In this document: piece after piece, positions 60,158 to 64,000 of the stretch
Position numbering within the stretch: the first letter of the stretch is position 1
Layout: every line of letters begins with the position of its first letter
Assembly (NCBI GenBank): GCA_964520615.1
Contig: CAZFNL010000137.1
Span: 148,898 to 212,897, forward strand
Direction: 5' to 3'
From: an uncultured Gammaproteobacteria bacterium
Lineage (GTDB): Bacteria; Patescibacteriota; Microgenomatia; 2-02-FULL-39-11
Length of the DNA stretch: 64,000 nucleotides
Notes under the pieces: generated by a model
Seen by the model: only the letters and a program-made list of their open reading frames with translations
Told to the model about the DNA's origin: nothing
Database searches by the model: none
Translations under genes and position numbers: made by a program

Positions 60158-60889
60158 CTATATTTCAGTTGTAATCGTGGAAGTTTTAATAAATGTCAGT
60201 GTCAAAACGGCAAAAATAAACGCCTGGATTATACCGACAAATATCTCCATAAACATAAATGGTATGGGAATGATATAAGGCACTAGAAATGCTATAACAA
60301 GAAGCAGGATCTCTCCCGCAAATATATTGCCGAAAAGCCTGAAGGAAAAAGAAAGTACTTTAGCTGCTTCACTCAATATCTCAAAAAAACCCAATAATAA
60401 TGATAGAGGAGAAGTGATATTTAAGAACCTGCTTATATATTTTTTTGCGCCAAGTCTTTGAAGTGAAAAATATTGAGTGGCCAATACGGAAAATATTGCC
60501 AGTGCAAATGTTGTATTTACGTCGCTGTTGGGAGAGCGCAAAAGTGCAATCTTATGTCCCCCGGAATAGATATAAAATGACCCCAAAAAACCCGGCAGAA
60601 GCGCAATCAGGTTAGCAGTAACAATATATATAAAGAACGTACAAATTACTGGAAGTATCGTCTTTGTCATTTTTCTATCTCCAGTCACCCTATCAGTCAA
60701 CCTCATAAGTTCATAGATGGTAATTTTCAGTATAGAAAGGGGTAGAATTTTTCTATTTCTGTTGCGGTAAAAAATAAAAGAAAGGACAACCAGGATTAAG
60801 CTGACCACGAATGAAGTCAGGAGGGTATTGGAGAAATAAATTCCCCCAGTTTGGAAAATATATTCAGGCTGCAAGCTAATGTTTATCAT
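60158..60889 (-). CDS. atpB: F0 subunit a
   Basis: P.SD.N.T.ALA, SFSFRLFGNIFAGE, IQAFIF..LT. Confidence 0.95.
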   Translation of the reverse strand: MINISLQPEYIFQTGGIYFSNTLLTSFVVSLILVVLSFIFYRNRNRKILPLSILKITIYELMRLTDRVTGDRKMTKTILPVICTFFIYIVTANLIALLPGFLGSFYIYSGGHKIALLRSPNSDVNTTFALAIFSVLATQYFSLQRLGAKKYISRFLNITSPLSLLLGFFEILSEAAKVLSFSFRLFGNIFAGEILLLVIAFLVPYIIPIPFMFMEIFVGIIQAFIFAVLTLTFIKTSTITTEI

Positions 60890-61103
60890 GGTTTTTAGTT
60901 AATAATTCAAGCTGATGATAGACATCAAAAATACTAGTTGTTATCCCAGCAACAATCCCAACGACAAGTAATAATGGTGCCGTATGGAAAACATCATCCA
61001 GCCATTTACCCAAAAAAAGGAAACCTACCAAAGGAACAACAATCAAAAAACCCAGTTGTAAGGCAAAAGAAATAGCATACCACAACCTAAATTCATAGCG
61101 CAT
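60876..61103 (-). CDS. AtpZ/AtpI (AtpQ-like) two-TM protein
   Basis: LG..IV.P......LG.WLD..F.T.P; first gene of the atp operon; start moved to ATG 61103. Confidence 0.75.
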   Translation of the reverse strand: MRYEFRLWYAISFALQLGFLIVVPLVGFLFLGKWLDDVFHTAPLLLVVGIVAGITTSIFDVYHQLELLTKNHDKH

Positions 61104-61178
61104 ATAAATATTGCCTGAATTTAGTGTAGATGAATTACCAAAAGTCCGCAAGAATGACGATTTGGGGAAATATTTAAT

Positions 61179-63866
61179 CTATCCTGTCTGAGGATAATGA
61201 CATTTTTTCCATTTTTTCCCAGATCCACACCAGCACGGATCATTCCTTCCCAATTTCCTTTTCTGTTCTTCGTTATTTGCTGTTTGTTCCTTGCTTACCT
61301 GTTTTTGAGCTTCCTTTTGGATTGAGGTTTGCTGCTTTATCTGCAGTGCCGCCATCTGGTCCGGCGCAAGTTGAACTTGAATCTTAAAAATCCTGTGTGT
61401 TATCTCATAATCGACTGTAGAAACAAGACGCTCGAACATGGAATAAGCTTCATTTTTATATTCGACAAGCGGATCAAGCTGTCCGTAGCCACGCAAACCT
61501 ATGCCTTCGCGCAAATCATCTATTGCATCCAGGTGATCCATCCACATATTATCTACTACTGACAATCCGGCCCATTTTTCAATCTGGCGCATAATCTCTC
61601 TACCCAGATTTTTCTCCCGCTGTTCATAAACATCATTTACCACTTTTATGAGAAATTCCTCTACCTCCCCCGGAGTGTTACTAACCCCTAATTGTGTCAA
61701 TATCTGCTTCTCAGAGTTGGGATCAAAAGGAACAATCGTAACAAATTCCTTTAATATTTTCTCCTTATCACCCTGATTTACTACGTTGTCGGAAGCGTAC
61801 AAATTTACAAAAGTCCTTATTTGTCCGGCAATCTTTTCCTGCATCATCTCTTTCAGGTTTTGCCCCACGACAATCTGGCGTCTGAGTTGGTATATAATTT
61901 CTCTTTGTTTATTTAAGACATCATCATACTCGACAAGATGTTTCCTGCTGTCAAAATGAAACCCTTCCACCTTCACTTGGGCCTGCTCTATAGCCCGGCT
62001 TACCATGGCATGCTCAAGAGGCACATCCTCCGGCAGCTTAAAGACAGTCATCAGCTTTGCTACCTGGTCGCCGCCGAAAAGGCGCATAATCTCATCATCC
62101 AAAGCGACAAAAAAGCGGCTGGACCCCGGGTCTCCCTGGCGGCCGGATCGGCCCCGAAGCTGATTATCAATTCTTCTTGACTCATGTCTTTCCGTCCCTA
62201 TAACATGAAGTCCGCCCAGCTTCAACACTTCATCATGATTTTTCTTCCATTCTTCCCTCAGCTTGTCATATTCCTTTTTACCCAATTCTGACAGTTCCTT
62301 GTCACTAGGAGGCTGACCGCCAAGTATAATATCCACCCCGCGTCCAGCCATATTGGTTGCAACGGTTACTGCTCCAGCCCGACCAGCATTTGAAATGATA
62401 GTCGCCTCGCTCACATGGTTTTTGGCGTTAAGCACTTCATGAGGTATGCCTTTTCTCCGGAGGAATTCTGAAAGTATCTCGTTTTTCTCTATAGATGTGG
62501 TACCAACAAGGACTGGTTGTCCTCTTTTGTGACATTCTTCAATATCGGCTACAACTGCAGCCAGCTTGGCCCTTGTTGTCTTATAGACAGCATCCGGATG
62601 GTCTATCCTTACCATGGGCCTGTTGGTAGGGATGATAATGACGTCCAGTTTGTAAATCTTGTGGAATTCTTCTGCTTCTGTAGCCGCAGTCCCTGTCATT
62701 CCCGCCAACTTCTCATACATTCTGAAATAATTCTGTAAAGATACTGTAGCCAGAGTCCTCGACTCCTGCTGTATAGGTACCCTTTCTTTTGCTTCTATAG
62801 CCTGGTGCAACCCTTCGGAAAAACGCCTGCCGACAAGAAGCCTGCCGGTAAACTCATCAACTATAATTACCTGATTATCCTTTACCACATAATCCTTATC
62901 CCGCAAAAATAGAGTCCTGGCTTTCAAAGCCGCCTCAATATGATGAACTGAAGCAAAATCTTTCTCATAAAGATTGTCCACCCCCATCATTTTTTCCACT
63001 TTCAGAACTCCGTGCTCAGTCAGGTGGGCAGTCCTTAATTTCTCATCTATTTCAAAGTCAGTTTCTTTATTGAGTTTATCTATCATCTTGGCATACTCAT
63101 AGTATTTCTGGGTAGGCTCAGTATCGGGAGCGGAAATAATATGAGGAGTCCTGGCCTCATCAATGAGAACTGAGTCCACCTCATCCACAATGGCATAGTG
63201 GAAGCCGCGCTGCACCATCTGGGAGGCCTCAGAAACCATATTGTCACGTAGATAGTCAAAACCGAACTCGCTGTTTATACCATAGGTGACGTCTGCCAGA
63301 TACGCTTCTTTGCGCGATATGGGACGAAGGTTTCCCAATCTCCAGTCAATGGCTGATTTATCTGCATATTGCGGGTCAAAAATAAAAGACTGTTCACCAA
63401 TAATTGCCGACACTGACATCCCCAACATGGCAAAAATCGGCCCCATCCAGCCGGCGTCCCTTCTGGCCAAATAGTCGTTGACCGTCACAAGATGTACTCC
63501 CCTTCCACTTAAAGCATTCAAGTATAACGCCGGAATGGCGGAAAGTGTTTTCCCTTCTCCGGTTTTTTGCTCGGCAACAGCCCCGCGGTGCAGCACTATG
63601 GCGGCTATAAGCTGTACATCAAAGTGCCTCTCGCCTATCCTTCTTTTGGCAGCCTCACGCACCAGGGCAAACGCTTCCGGCAAGAGATCGTCAAGATTCT
63701 CTCCTCGGCTAAGTCTTTCCTTAAACTCCGCCGTCTTGGATGAGAATTTATTGTCGGCTAATTTCCTAACCGTCTCCTCCTGTGAGTTTACTTTCTCTAC
63801 TACCGTGCGAATCTTGACTAACTCCCTTTCATTGGCATCCAGAAATTTGGAAAGGAACTTCAACAT
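61179..63866 (-). CDS. secA: Preprotein translocase subunit SecA
   Basis: KTGEGKT, DEVDS.LIDEARTP, ATNMAGRG, QLRGRSGRQGDPG, GRNDPCWCGSGKKWKKCH. Confidence 0.98.
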   Translation of the reverse strand: MLKFLSKFLDANERELVKIRTVVEKVNSQEETVRKLADNKFSSKTAEFKERLSRGENLDDLLPEAFALVREAAKRRIGERHFDVQLIAAIVLHRGAVAEQKTGEGKTLSAIPALYLNALSGRGVHLVTVNDYLARRDAGWMGPIFAMLGMSVSAIIGEQSFIFDPQYADKSAIDWRLGNLRPISRKEAYLADVTYGINSEFGFDYLRDNMVSEASQMVQRGFHYAIVDEVDSVLIDEARTPHIISAPDTEPTQKYYEYAKMIDKLNKETDFEIDEKLRTAHLTEHGVLKVEKMMGVDNLYEKDFASVHHIEAALKARTLFLRDKDYVVKDNQVIIVDEFTGRLLVGRRFSEGLHQAIEAKERVPIQQESRTLATVSLQNYFRMYEKLAGMTGTAATEAEEFHKIYKLDVIIIPTNRPMVRIDHPDAVYKTTRAKLAAVVADIEECHKRGQPVLVGTTSIEKNEILSEFLRRKGIPHEVLNAKNHVSEATIISNAGRAGAVTVATNMAGRGVDIILGGQPPSDKELSELGKKEYDKLREEWKKNHDEVLKLGGLHVIGTERHESRRIDNQLRGRSGRQGDPGSSRFFVALDDEIMRLFGGDQVAKLMTVFKLPEDVPLEHAMVSRAIEQAQVKVEGFHFDSRKHLVEYDDVLNKQREIIYQLRRQIVVGQNLKEMMQEKIAGQIRTFVNLYASDNVVNQGDKEKILKEFVTIVPFDPNSEKQILTQLGVSNTPGEVEEFLIKVVNDVYEQREKNLGREIMRQIEKWAGLSVVDNMWMDHLDAIDDLREGIGLRGYGQLDPLVEYKNEAYSMFERLVSTVDYEITHRIFKIQVQLAPDQMAALQIKQQTSIQKEAQKQVSKEQTANNEEQKRKLGRNDPCWCGSGKKWKKCHYPQTG

Positions 63867-64000
63867 AGGTATCTAATTATAGAATTTCAAAACTCAAAGC
63901 TCAAATGCCAAAACCGCAGTTAAAGTCCATAAATCTTTTTAAGGATAAATAGTTTTAAGTCGTGGATTTGGGTAAAGTTACAACCCCAGTTCAGGAGAGA

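Overview
This 64 kb window is gene-dense, low-GC bacterial DNA, mostly on the minus strand and read with the standard code 11. Its gene content suggests a Patescibacteria/CPR genome, probably Microgenomates (inference from many GT-C and GT2 glycosyltransferases, Pro/Thr-rich secreted proteins, short TsaB and the divergent F-ATPase). In order it holds: a nucleotide-sugar and glycosylation cluster (rfbACBD, ugd, GDP-sugar dehydratase, UDP-GlcA decarboxylase, GT2/GT-C genes); a TasA-SipW fibre operon with accessory secreted proteins; a subtilase; tsaE-tsaC-tsaB; ftsEX with a circularly permuted M23 peptidase; prfB; an NRAMP transporter; a GT4/phosphatase/NlpC/MurD/PLP/ATP-grasp run with an uncalled antisense LysW-like gene; a second glycosylation cluster; a ~1.65 kb hairpin-dense minus-strand region around a GC-rich orphan ORF; a four-helix-bundle gene flanked by inverted 7-nt repeat arrays; an MFS/PLP/ATP-grasp trio; an F-type (N-ATPase-like) operon; and secA. 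I found no tRNA, rRNA, CRISPR array or transposase. The strongest novelty candidates are the structured RNA region (48.1-49.8 kb), the TasA/SipW system, the heptamer-flanked element and the LysW-like carrier locus. All calls come from reading the sequence by eye; no database searches or folding programs were run.
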